The notes below the pieces were generated by a model. It was given only the letters and a program-made list of their open reading frames with translations, was not told the DNA's origin and did no database searches. Shown piece after piece: positions 37,670-50,900 of a stretch of DNA of 64,000 nucleotides. The position numbers and the translations under genes were made by a program. This stretch comes from Mobula hypostoma (Eukaryota), in the NCBI RefSeq assembly GCF_963921235.1, contig NC_086109.1:35280001-35344000 (forward strand), written 5' to 3'. How positions within the stretch are numbered: the stretch's first letter is position 1; each line of letters opens with the position of its first letter.

Positions 37670-38405
37670 TGGGTTCTATTGTGGGTTGTGAGGAGGATAC
37701 AGAGAGGATTCAGAGTTAAGTAAATGGACAGGAACATGGCAGATGGAACATAATATGGAAAAAGTGAGGTCATAATTTTTTATTGTAAAAATAGAAAAGT
37801 GGTGTTTCACGTTACAAGAGAAGAGATTGAAAGTTGATGGTAAAGCAAGCAATTAAGAACGGAAATGGTATGTTGACCTACATTGCAAAAGAAGATGAGT
37901 ACAAGGAGTAGAACATTTTATTGTTTTTATATGGTACCTTAGTGAAACAGTATCTGTATTGTTATGGTCCAGTCTCCCTTTCTAAGGAAGGAACTACTTG
38001 TGATAAAGAGAATGCAGTGTATTATAGATATATCAGATTGTTCCCAGGATGGGAAGCATGTCCCATGAGGGGAGATTAAAAAGTTTTTTTAAACCTACAT
38101 TTATTTTTAAGGTGCTTGATAGTGGATGTTTCCCTGAGCTTGGAAATCTATAATCAGTTAGGCAGCATTTCATAAATGGGGTTGGTCTTTTGGGACTTGG
38201 ATGAAAATGTAATCCTTCCTGTAGAAGGTAGAGAATGCTTTGGAATTTTTTTTTATCCCAGAGGGCTTTGGGTGCTCAAATATTCAATGCAGAATTTTAA
38301 ATATTAAGGGACTTGAGGTTTGTACAGCAAAGCCGTGCTGAAAGATCAGTTGTGAATTTATAGAATGGTAGGTTGACCTACCTCTGGTTACATTCCTTAT
38401 GTTAA
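37670..38405 (+). mobile_element. Highly degenerate CR1 3' region
   Basis: atggcagatggaacataat (WQME), tggtccagtctccctttctaaggaagga and a CR1-like tail. Confidence 0.6.
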
Positions 38406-38869
38406 TAAAAATGCACCAGTGGGATAAGTAAAAAAGTAATGACATGCAAAAAAGGATTTCAAAAATAACTTTGCAGCAGCTGGCAGATATGTAATATCAG
38501 CCATTAATGATGAACATGGGAGAAATTATAGTAAAATACATGAATAGCAAAATTATTAAATGGATCTTCTATCACTGTTTTCACAATAGAGAATTCAGAC
38601 AATACCAGTAGCACAAGGCAATCTAATAACCCTGTCAAACGGAGAACATTAGATTTAACATTTTTTTAAGTCATGAAAATACTGATGTTTTAAATGGCAG
38701 AATCCCAGAAACTGATTGCTAACCTAACCTTCACCCCACCACTTAGAAACTTAAAGGTGAATGTCACCTTTCACCAAGGATATCAAAAGTTGTACTTTAA
38801 GATGGCAAAATAGTAAACATCTCCATTGTTTAACAAGTGAGATAGAGTAAAAATGTACTTGTCAGCAGA

Positions 38870-39200
38870 CTAGCACAGCAAGTAGAACTTATCTGCAGCC
38901 TCTTAGCTCTGACAATTCTAGTTCAATCCTACCCTTGGGTGCTGTCTGCGTGGAGTCTGCAAGTTCTTTCTGTGACTGTATGGGTTTCCTCTTGATGAGT
39001 TGATTTCCTTTCACATCCCAACAATTCGCAGGTTGGTTGGCTAACTGGCCTTTGCAAATTATCTCACTATATAGGGAAGTGGGAGAACCTGGGAAGAGTT
39101 GGCCAGAATTCATCAAGAATGAAAACAGATGCAGTGCAAGTGGATGCTTGGAGAGTGTGGAATAAGAGCTGAAGGGCCTACTTTTTTTCCTGCTGTATGT
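38870..39200 (+). mobile_element. tRNA-derived V-domain SINE (HE1-like); related minus-strand copies near 40690-40870 and 59880-60075
   Basis: B-box-like gttcaatcc followed by gtctgcgtggagtctgcaagttctttctgtgactgtatgggtttcc. Confidence 0.65.
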
Positions 39201-39409
39201 ATTTCAATTACTGTTCAACACTACTTCAAGTTTAGGGACATTATTAAAATCTATTATCAGAAGTTAAGAAATAGAGCAATGGGGTAATTATTATCATTTG
39301 TAAAGGGCTGATTTTCTAAGGATTACCAATATAATGAACTTAGCATTATCTGGAAGCATTGTTTGCATGGACTTAGAAATGATATTTAAGATAACACTGC
39401 ACATAAGAT

Positions 39410-40280
39410 TACATTAAATTCCAATTATTTGGGCCATCTGTTCATCAGGGCAGCAGCTTATTTGGGACAACTCTTAAAGATAAAAACTAATTGCAAAAAT
39501 AGCCAAGATTACCTTCATTTATTTGGACTCTGCCACTTAATGAGGACAGGAGATTGTTACCAAACAGTTTCTAACAGTTTCAAACCATGTGTTTGTGTTC
39601 AAAAAGTAGTGGTTTTTCTTACTCATAGTTCATGAGAAATAAGAAGGCAATTCAGAACTGTTTTTCTCATTGTGATTTCAAACACTCAGACTTGGAGATG
39701 CCAGAAATGACTGGGGTGAAAATGAAATGATTTCACTGCTTTAACAATTAGGAACTACGAAGAATTTTAAAGGTATCAACAATCAATAATTCATTCATCT
39801 CGAATGTTACAATGAAAAGGAAGATTTGGAGGATGCAATAGTCAAAAGTATTGTAGGAAGCCTGTCCATTATTTGTACCCTGTGTCTGCACTGATTTTGT
39901 ACATTTACAGTCGAAAGAACATGGTAGAGTTACACTGGATGAATTCTTCCCTTAATAACTATTAGGAACTAATACATAGTTCTGCAGTACTGTAGTAGTA
40001 TTGGTATTCCTCCAACTTGTTTAGTACTTCATTTAAATATATAACTTGTTATTCAGTTAAGTGGTAGTTTGACTATATATATATAGATATATATCTTTCT
40101 TTTTTACTTGAAACTTTGACTAATTGCGGAAGCCCCTTACTTGGGCCAAAATGTACTGGTCCAAATACAAAATACTCTGCAGATGCTGGGGTCAAAGCAA
40201 CACTCACAACACACTGGAGGAACTCAGCAGGTCGGGCAGCATCCGTGTAAAAGATCGGTCGACATCTCCAAATGTATCCC
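39410..40280 (+). mobile_element. Internally deleted Tigger/pogo derivative with a PLE-terminus insert at about 40165-40265
   Basis: Shares terminal and subterminal sequence with 40930-44808; ends ccatttaactagaatccactg|TA. Confidence 0.75.
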
Positions 40281-41384
40281 ATTTAACTAGAATCCACTGT
40301 ACTTAAGAGGGGTGGAGCACATTGTCCTTACAGTATGTTCTATTGAGCAGTTGTTTGAAAGGTTGCATTCTGAGGAGACACTCTGCAGACTTTGATTTAG
40401 AGAGCTTCTCCTGATGATTTTTGATACACAGCATTTCTTGGCATTTACTGTCAATGATTCCTTTCTTTTGAAACAATGCAAGCCTGTAAACTCTGTCTGC
40501 AGCTGATTGGAAAATAGATAAAATGTGCTATTTTGATGCCGAGTTTCATGAGAATATGCATCATGGATTCATTGATCATCCAGTACAGATTTAGATTTTT
40601 CAGCCTGTCAGGTTTATTCCTGGCCATGAAGCACCTGTTAACACAAATCCTATTTCATTCTCACTACCTTCAAGCAACAGCCCTTAGATTCTACTGCTCA
40701 CCATTATAAGAAGCTGACAATGGCCAATTAGCCTACCAACTCACATTTCCTAAGGATGTGGGAGGAATCCCATGCTATCACAGGGAAGTTGTGCAAATTG
40801 CACATAGACAACAGCATGTCAGGCTGGAATCTTGATAATTGTACCTGTGTGGCCTCAATTCTACAGTGTTTTTCATACTAATGTGTCATATATAAGCAGG
40901 CACTTGGAGATTAAAGACAATGTAAAATACAGTGGATTCTGGTTAATTGGTTCATCGGCTAAAAGGGGGAACTGCTTATCTGAGACAACTCCTAAAGAAA
41001 AAAAAACAAATTGAGAAAATAGCTGGAATTTCCTTCATTTATTTAGGGCATTATGTTGCTTAATTGGTGCAGGAGACAATCAGTCATGTGCATTTGTGTG
41101 GCCATTAGACACTACACTGTGCTTAGAGCAAACAGTTGCATGTACTTGTGCTATGTTAACTATTAGTGTTGACGGATGTTGATTCAAAATGCAGTGATTT
41201 TGAATATTTTTTTATTTTACTTTAACAAAAAATTTTTGAGACCCTTGCCAAGACGCCATGAAAAGATTTGACACTAACCGAAAAAATTACCCGACTGGAC
41301 CAAATTAGAAGCCATTCGCCTAACACCACTCATTATCAACTGGCAGAAATACACCAGTAAGCTGTGTACATACATCTATTGATG

Positions 41385-42482
41385 CTTCTGGACACATCTT
41401 CAGTGATGTTCCTGGAATCATCGGGTGTTTCGGGTCTTTCAACATCATACAACCTCCTCCAGGTGACCCAGCGGGGCTGATAAGACCCCAGTCTGTGTCC
41501 AGATGACTAGCTACTTATGACTCCATGGCTCCCCTCTTTTGAGCCACAGCCATCTTGAGGCCCTCTCTGCCGCATCGGTGGTATTGCGGATGGCTCTCCT
41601 CTTCCTCTCTCCCTCGATGCCCAAAATGCTGAAGGCCCTAACTAAAGAACGGGCTATGAATCCCCTACAACCAACCTCCACTGGGAGACACCTCGCTCTC
41701 CATCTAGCCTGCTGACAATTGCAAACCAGTCCTGCGTACTTTGAGAGCTTCTTTTCAAAGGCCTCTTCCAAGCTATCTTCGCATGGGACTGTCAGCTCCA
41801 GCAGCACCACTTGCTTAGTAGACTCAGACACTAGGACAATGTCTGGTCGCAGGGTGGTGGCTGCGATATGGTTGGGGAACTTCAGCTGCCCTTCGAGGTC
41901 CACCAACAGCTGCCAGTCCCTTGCAGAGGTCAGAATGCCTGCAGATGTTCTTTTGGCAGGTATTGGCTGCTCCCCAGCTCTGACAAAGGCAATGGTCTGC
42001 TTGGAGGGTTGGGACTGCTTCACCCACTCAATTCCTGCGCTGACGGCTTCAGCGATGGTCTGCAGGACCTGATCATGCCTCCACCTGTACCGTCCCTCAC
42101 CAAGTGCCCATGCACAGCCGCTGAGGATGTGCTCCAGGGTTCCTCGCTTGGAGCACAGTGGGCACGCAGATGACTCTGCCTTGCCCCATGTGTGCAGGTT
42201 TGATGGGCTTGGAAGCACATCGTACACTGCCTGGATGAGAAATTGGATGCGGTGTGGTTCGGCTTTCCAAAGATCAGCCCAGGTCACTTTCCTCTCAACC
42301 ACATTCTCCCATCTTGTCCAAGCTCCTTGTTGCTTCATTCCCACCGCCTTGCAGGCTCTCATCTCCTCCACTACTGCTCTCACCTCCTCCTGAACTAGAC
42401 GATGCCTTTCCTTCCCTCTGGTGTCCAGATAAACTGCAGAACGAATGGGCATTATGCGAGAGGTAACAGGGAACATCCCAAA
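41385..42482 (-). mobile_element. 5'-truncated non-LTR retrotransposon with restriction-like endonuclease (HERO/R2-group-like)
   Basis: Open 324-aa frame with CPLCSKRGTLEHILSGC (CCHC), RHD, RPDIVLV, LLELTVP, K..KY and PVEVGCRG. Confidence 0.9.
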
Positions 42483-43519
42483 CACAAAAGCGTGAAAGCA
42501 AGGATCCAGACATTGACGAGGATCTTAATCAATGGTTTTCCAAAGTAACTGGACCAAGTGTATGTGCCAGTGGACAAATGTTAAAAAACAAGTCAGAGGA
42601 ACTAGCTCGGAGGCTAGGTCATGAATGTTTTAAAGCAATAGATGGTTGGTAGTCTCAATGAAAGTATAGACACCACATTAAATTCAAGAAAGTACATGGC
42701 GAGAAAGGTAGCGCTGGTTCTCCAAGTGCAGAAACATAAAAATCTATAGAACTCCCTAACTTACTTCAAAAATTTTGTGTAGGTGATATCTACATTGCCA
42801 AGGAAACAGGCCTTTTAATTATCATGCCATGCCAAACAGTTCCCTTTGCTAAAAACAGGAAACACTCTCAGGCTCTAAGAAACCAATGGCTGTGTTGTAC
42901 AAATAATGTTGGGACCTGATAAAAAATAAATTGCTAGTTATTGGGAAAAGTGCTAAACCTCAATGCTCTAAGGGGCTAACAATGGATAATTTTGCATTCA
43001 AATACTATGCTAATAAGAATACAAGGGTGACTTCCAAATTTTTGAAGGAATGGCTGATGAGTTGGGACATGGAGCTATAGCAGAAATGAAGCAAAATTTC
43101 TCTGCTTGTTGGCAATGTGCAGCACACCCAAATGTAGAATGTTGGAGAAACATCCAGCTGGAATTTCTTCCTGCCAATACATCTCCTTGGTGCAGCCACT
43201 AGATATGGGAATCATAAAATATTTAAAGACTTTGTATCGCAAGAATCACATTCTTGAAGCAATGGAAGAAAATCTACTGACATCTTTTTCAATAGCCAAG
43301 GAAGTGAGTGCAAGGGTTAACCTTTTACAGGCAGTGCAGTTTGAAAGTGATAACTGGCGAGATATACTGTAAGCAGCAAGACAATTCAGAACTGTTTGCT
43401 CCCTGTGGTTTCAAGGATTCGGGCTTGGAGATGCCTGAAACAGCCAGGAAGAAAAATGAAACAACTTCACGGTTTCAACAAGTTAGGAACTATGCAGAAT
43501 GAAGGTTATCAACAATCAT

Positions 43520-44184
43520 AGAAACCATAGAAAAACTACAGCACAGAAATAAGCCTTTTGGCCCGTCTTGGCTGTGCCGAACTATTTTCTGCCTAGTCCC
43601 ACTGACCTGCACATGGACCATATCCCTCCATACACGTCCCATCCATGTATCTGTCCAATTTATTCTTAAATGTTAAAAGAGAACCCTCATTTACCACCTT
43701 GTCTGGCAGCTCATTCCATACTCCCACCACTGTCTGTGTGAAGAAGCCCCCCTCCAATGTTCCCTTTAAACTTCTCCCCCCTCACCCTTAACCCATGTCC
43801 TCTGGTTTTTTTCTCCCCTTGCCTCAGTGGAAAAAGCCTGCTTGCATTCACTCTATCTATACCCATCATAATTTTATATACCTCTATCAAATCTCCCCTC
43901 ATTCTTCTACGCTCCAGGGAATAAAATCCTAACCCATTCAACCTTTCTCTGTAACTGAGTTTCTCAAGTCCCGGCAACATCCTTGTAAACCTTCTCTGCA
44001 CTCTTTCGACCTTATTTATATCCTTCCTGTAATTTGCTGACCAAAACTGAACACAATACTCCAGATTCGGCCTCACCAATGCCTTATACAACCTCATCAT
44101 AACATTCCAGCTCTTATACTCAATACTTTGATTAATAAAGGTCAATGTACCAAAAGCTCTCTTTACCACCCTATCTACCTGTGA
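43520..44184 (-). mobile_element. Young 5'-truncated CR1 inside the pogo element
   Basis: [38 protein letters not shown] (43514-43519 and 44185-44190). Confidence 0.92.
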
Positions 44185-44599
44185 ATCATCTTGAATGTTA
44201 AGATGACAATGAAGATAGGGGTATGCAGCTATTGAAAGCATTGTATCAAAAGACCAACGTGGGGAATATGAAGACAAGGAAAGTGATAATGATAACGCAA
44301 CTGAACCTGACATAGTGTTGGCACAGGATGCCAGGAAATTTATCGTTAGATTATGAAACTACATCATGCGTGAAGGCAACGAAGGCAGCCCGTTATCTGC
44401 ACAATGTGTCTGTGCTGATTTTGCTCACTTACAGTCAATCAAAAGAACGAGCCAGCATACACTCGATGAATTCCTCTATTGTTAGCTATTACAAACACAG
44501 TTTTATCATACTGTAGTAGTATTGGTGGTGTTCAGATTGGTTCTGTTTTTTAATTAAATGTATAATTTGTTAATCAGTTAAACAATAGTCTTTTTTAAA

Positions 44600-44691
44600 C
44601 AACACACATTAAAGTTGCTGGTGAATGCAGCAGGCCAAGCAGCATCTGTAGGAAGAGGTGCAGTCGACGTTTCAGGCCGAGACCCTTCGTC
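44600..44691 (-). mobile_element. 92-bp PLE-terminus insertion
   Basis: 13-bp TSD AGTCTTTTTTAAA (44587-44599 and 44692-44704); near-identical to 7072-7162. Confidence 0.88.
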
Positions 44692-45919
44692 AGTCTTTTT
44701 TAAAATAACTTTTTAACTATTTCTATGAAACTTTGGATAAATGGACAGCCGCTTAATTGGGCCAAAATGTACTGTTCCCAATGCGTCCCAATTTACTGGA
44801 ATTCACTGCATTTTAAATAATGTCACCTACTCTACTGGAGTATTTTTACTCCATAATTCATTTCCACACCTAGTTTAGAATGGTTGTTCGGGAAAAGTTA
44901 CACACCCAAAATGGTAAACTGGGGAAAAGATAAATATTTTATTGTTAGCTCCATCTTAATAAGATTAGCAATGCATTCAAAAGAAATCAGTCTCAACATT
45001 AGAGAAACAGATGGTACCTCTATTACAATGCAAATGCCCTGGATTGAAGTTTAATCAGTTTAGTCCTTTAGTTTGCACCTACCAGGAACCGAAATAAATG
45101 AGTTTTAGAAACATCATTAACACACCAAAGTGATAATTCATGGAATTTCATTTGATCAATTATGCAATCCAGACAACAGCAGGGGTTATTAGAAGAATTT
45201 CGGATGAGGAATTCTTTTGGAAAAGCATTGATATTAGCATGGACATCTGCTACTAATTAGTTGCTAAGATTTAATAATTGGCTTGCATAATCAATAACAT
45301 GAATTTAAAAAAAGCATTCAATGATGTGTTACGGTAATTGGCACATACCTCCATCTGTAAACGTCTTCAGTTATCAAATTACAGTGCAAGGATTCCAGCT
45401 TTAGGGATGGTGGTGGAGTTAAATTATTATCTCAACAGGCAATTTGAAGTCCAGCTGTTGACCATTTAAGATGTAATTAATGTTGAAATTGGTTATTATA
45501 ACTTGTACCAATGAATGCTTTACAGAAATGTGATTAATTTGTCTGGTCTTACCCAAATGCTTGATGTGGGAGCTCCACATGCATCACATTAAGTACCATG
45601 AGGAAAATACGATTTCATGAAGTGTGAGGGAAAATTAATTTTCACTGCTTGCATGGGATCTAGGAGTGCCTTAAGTGCTTGGGGTAGATTTTAGTTTTTA
45701 AAAAAAAGAAATTCAAGCCCATTCACTGTCATGTAACTCTATGTTTTAATATGGTGCACGATAGTTTTCTTGTTGAATCATTGGAAAATATTCTTCAGGG
45801 TTCAATGGTAAAATATTTTCCTTGTTGCCTGTGGTACATTCAGATATAGAGACCAACAAAGAATGCAGCTGTGGTGTCAATTGCAAAACTTTGCAGAATC
45901 AATGTCATTTTTGGCGTAC

Positions 45920-46478
45920 GGTTAACGTTGCGGTTCCAGATCCTGCAACCCGCCTGGGCCTTAGGGGCACAGTACAGATGAGCGCTGCACCAGTTGCCTC
46001 CATCTCTCATGGTTGAGGGTGAGTGTCTGGGTTGCGGCAAAGCTCGCTCTGGTCCTGTCTGCCCATTTCTTCTTCTTTCTGCCCTTTTTTCTTTTCCCCT
46101 GCACCGTTCCCTGAAGGATGGTCTTTGAGAGTCCACTTGACTTGTTATGCGGCCATACCATCTCAGTTTCCTCTTCTTTACTGCAGACAGTAGATCTTCA
46201 TAGTATCTCATGTGCTGGGTGATGGTTTTACGTACTTCATTGTCTGAGACATGGTCTGCATAGAAGATGCCGAGGAGCCTTCGGAAGCATCTCATTTCTA
46301 CTGCCTGGAACTCCTTTTGCAGTTCTGCTGTCAAAGTCCGTGACTTGCATGCATACAAGAAGATGGAAAGCACAAGTGCGTACAGTAGTTTCAACTTGGA
46401 TCTGAGAGCAGTGTTATTGTCCCGCCAGAGGGGTTTCCGTTTAGCCAGTGCTGCTGTTTTTGGCATACTGTTGCACAA
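45920..46478 (-). mobile_element. RTE-clade LINE 3' fragment
   Basis: LVLSIFLYAC, AVEMRCFRRLLGI, KRKLRWYG, KTILQGTVQGKRKKGR. Confidence 0.85.
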
Positions 46479-47959
46479 ATTTGCAGTTGAGAAGTGGCGC
46501 AGTCATCAAGAGTACTTTAACTTGAGGGTGTAGGTTTTCAGCAATTTATGTTAAACATTTGAACCTACCACACTAGGGGAGCAATCAACGATTCTGATTC
46601 TGTTGCTTTCCATCTCAGATGTTCTCCCTACCCAGTGGTACAGGAGCAGTGCAGCAGTTCAAGAATGTGCTTTATCACTGACTGCTCAACATGAGAACAT
46701 GAGAAAATAGTGGTGTCGGCGGGGGGGGGGGGGGTGTTGCTATTTGCTTCCACCCACTTCCTCTTCCTCTAAATACCCCCATTAATTTAGCACTTGCAGC
46801 CTCCTAGAATAATCATCTCCAAAGTTTCACCACCCTCTGTGATGTTAACACCCATACCTTGAAAAATAAACAAAAAGTAATCATTTGCTGAAGAATTGCA
46901 GATCATGCATAGACAAATCTCACTTCTCCCTGACTCTGAATGAAATTGGGGAATTGGAATGGCTTATTAAAGATACATAGACTCTTGTACAAAGGCTCTA
47001 ACTGTACATGTTGCTCTACTAGTGTTCGTTGTCCAAACCTCTGTAATTCCAGATTGCAGAAAGAATTAAATTATGTAGCAGGTATTTTGTTGAATTAAAA
47101 GATGTTGACCCATCTGCTTCCTTGAAGCAGGATTATCAGTCAGTCAATCAATCAGTTAAAGCTAGACAAGCAAAACCAGGATTTGGATTGGATTGACTTT
47201 AAAAGAAAATAACCCCATGTTCACAGGTCCCAATTATACCTAACTCACCAGCAAACATAGCAAGCCTAGATTCAATTATAACAAAAAAATCTAGTAATAC
47301 TCTGCAGGTCAGACAGCACCTAATGTTTGCTGTCAAGACTGAAGGGGTTAGTATAAGTATGGGGCAAAAGAAATCTGAACTAGCAGAAGAATAATGAAAA
47401 AAATAACTGAATGCTGGAAGGGTGAGATTAGAATAGGTGATTATCTGAAATTATTGAATTTAGTGTTGAATGTGAATGTAATGTTCCAAGTGTGCTATTC
47501 CTTGACCTTTGCAAACTTATAGGCTGTAGATAGGAAGAGATGAATGAAATAGCCAGCAGCTATTTTAGTATTATATTTCATAGTTCCAATATTCTCTATT
47601 TATATATTGTATTTCAACATTTTCAGTGTTTTGCTACGAGATTGAATTAGTCAGAGAAAAATTGGAATAGAATAATGCTCTCAAAATGACTGGAATTGAC
47701 TGAAAGTAAATATAAAACTTTACAGTACACAAGTAGCAACACAATATTCTTTTATGTACAAAGTGCAGTGACAAATTATACCTGTCCTTCAAATAACAGA
47801 AAGAGTAGGCAACAATGAGACAACCATATTGTTAGCTTCAGGTTCTTTTTGCACCTGCACAAGTGACCTTCTCTTCAGTGATTTCTATCTTTTTATATTT
47901 GTGTTTTGTTTTTTAATGTACGTAAATACTACATTCAATATGAGTTGTGACAATTTAAA

Positions 47960-50900
47960 ATAATTTGGTGGTGGATGGGAACTGGAGGATGAGGACTGAG
48001 GATGGGACAGTTAGTATACAAATAGCTGCAGTGTTCAATGAGACTGTCAGGAAGGACAGGCAGATGACAGGGCAAAATTGAAGTCAGCGGGATGAGTCGA
48101 ATTGTAACATGGGAGCAAAATCAAAAAGGGTGAGGAATGCAGGCCTGAAGGTGTTAACTTTGAATGCGCGCAGTACATGGAATAAGGTAAATGATGTTGT
48201 AACACAGTTAGAGATTGGCAGCCATCAGTGAACCCACTACAGGAAAGGAACTTGTGGATTGGGTGTTGTTCAATGAACCAGATTTGATTTCGGAGTTTAA
48301 GATAAAGGAACCCTTAGGAAGGAGTGATCTTATGACAATATAATTCATACTGCAGTTTCAGAGGGAGAAGATCAAGTCAGATGTATGAGTACCATAGTGG
48401 GGTAAAGGGAATTACAGAGGCATGAGAAAGTAGCTGGGCAAAGTTGAATGGAAGGGGACACTAGCAGAAGAACAACAATGCTGAATTTCCTGGGGGTAAT
48501 TTGAAAGTTGCAGGACAGGTACATCTCAAAGATGAAGAAGCATTCAAAGGGGCAACCATGGCTGACAAGGGAAATCAATGACAGCATAAAAGATATAAAA
48601 GAGGGCATATTGTATAGTAAAAATTAATGGGAAGTTAGAGGACTGGTGAGCTTTTAAAAAGCAACTGAAGGCAACAGAAAAATCTATAAGGAGAGAAATT
48701 CAATAGGAAGGTAATCTAGCCAATGTGTGTGTACATCCATCGCGAGTGATAAGGATCACTGACATTTTTTTGTATGTTGTGACTTGCGCGTGAGTTTGAC
48801 TAAAATGAGGGAGAGTTATGCAGGTTGTCAACCTCACTCTGTCATCCTAGTCTATCTGGCACCAGTGGTAAGATGAGAGTCAAGACGATGGGAGATAGGT
48901 CAGGATGCAGTGGATGACTAGGGAGATCTACGTGTCTTACCATGCTCTTTGTATTCCACAAAGTGTGCTGGGAAGGGCCGTTCTGCCTGTTGAGCCAGCA
49001 GGTGCAGTCTGCCCAATCCAGTCTTCACATGCTTTGGGTAGACGGGCCCGAAGTCACTGAGGGTTCAAAAGAGAAACCCGATGGCTACTCTCACCTGGTT
49101 TGGCTGGCCTGGCAAAGCCGTTGCCCGGGGTGTTGCCGCTGTCACATGCAAACAGCCTACTTGGAACCACAGGTGAGAGCTAAGTGCCAGGTGAGGGACA
49201 AAGGTGTGGACCTACCTCGGAAGGTACAACAGGTCTTCACACCAGAGGTGCTGCTCCTCTCTGATACCCCATACACCCCAATAATATAAAGGGGGATACC
49301 AAAAGATTTTTCAGATATGTAAAGAATAAAAGAGAAGTGAAATTGGATATTGGGCTGCTGGAAAATGATGCTGTACTGGAGGACAAAGAAACGATGGATG
49401 AATTTTAAAAAAGTATTTTGCATCTGTCTTTATTGTGGAAAACACTAGCAGTGTGCTGGAGTTCGAGTGTGTCAGGGAGCAGAGTGAGTGTAGTTGCTAT
49501 TACTAAGAAGAAGCTGCTTGGGAAGCTGAAAGGTCTTAAGGTAGATGAGTTATCTGGAACAGGTGGACTACTTCCCGGAGTTCTGAAGGAGGTTGGTGAA
49601 GACATAGTGAAGTATTAGAAATGATCTTTCAAGAATCTCAAGATTCTGAAATGGTTCCAGAGGACTGGGAAATTGAAAATGGCAGGCACTCTTTAAGAAG
49701 GGAGAAAGGCAGAAGGTATACTTCAGCAAGACATTTGACAAGGTCCCGCATGGGAGGTTTGTCAAAAAATTTCAGTCATTTGGTATTCAAGATTGGGCAG
49801 TAAATTGGGTTAGAAATCCACTTTGCAGGAGAAGCTGAAGAGTGGTAGTAGATGGTTGCCTCTCGGACTGGAGACTTATGACAAGCGGATTGCCACGAGG
49901 ATTGGTGTGGAGTTCTGCAATGATCGGTGCTGGGTCTGTTGTTGTTTGTTATCTATATCAAGGATCTGGATGATAATGTGGTTAACTGGATCGTCAAATT
50001 GAGGAAGAGACCAAGTTTGGGGGTGTAGTGGTCAGCAAGGAAGACTGTCAAAACTTGCAGCAGAATCTGGACCAGCTGGTAAAATGGACTGAAAAATAGC
50101 AGGTGGAATTTAATGCAGACAAGTCTGAGATGTTTCACTTTGGGAGGACAAACCAGGATAGGAGTTATGTTTAGGAATTTCGAAACATGAAACAAATTCA
50201 AAGGATGGCACAAAATTCAAAATATGGGTGTAACTTTGTCTTTGAGCAAGGTGCACAAGAATCACGTGGTAGTGTGATGACACATGCAATTAACGTATTT
50301 TTACATATAACCCAAAATGAATGATTTAAAGAACAAGAATGAATGCTGACTCGACTAATGTGTATATAGAAGGTCACTCAAATATAACTGAACTATCAAC
50401 TACACAGCAGTTGGTCTTACACAGTAAGCAGCAGGGCACTGAGGAGTGCGGTATAACAAAGGGTGTTGTTATACTGGGACTGAGAACACAGGTCGATAGT
50501 TCCTTGGAAGTGGCATCACAGGCAGATAGGGTCATAAAGAAAGCTTTTGTCACATTGGCCCTCATAGATCAAAATTACTGAGAGCAGGAGTTGGGATGTT
50601 ATGTTGCAGTTGTGTAAAACATTAGTGAGGCCTAATTTGTGGTATTGTAACCAGTTTTGGTCACTTCCCTACAGGAAAAATGTAAATAAGATTGAAATAC
50701 AGAGAAAATTTACAACCGTGTTGCTGAGACTAAGGACCTGAGTTATACGGAAAGATTGGGCAGGTTAGAACTTTATTCCCGAGAACATAGAAGATTGAGT
50801 GAGAATTTGATAGAGGTAAACAAAATTATGAGGGGTTTAGCTAGGGTAATTGCAAGTAGGCTTTTTCCACTGAGATTGAGTGTGAGTACATGGGTTAAAG

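Larger units (their letters stand above)
40930..44808 (+). mobile_element. Tigger/pogo DNA transposon (decayed CENP-B HTH + DDE transposase) with three nested inserts
   Basis: TA|cagtggattctggttaattgg ... ccaatttactggaattcactg TIRs; FKAIDGW, IKFKKVHGEK, LVIGKSAKP and LVQPLDMGIIKYLK remnants at 42485-43380. Confidence 0.85.
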
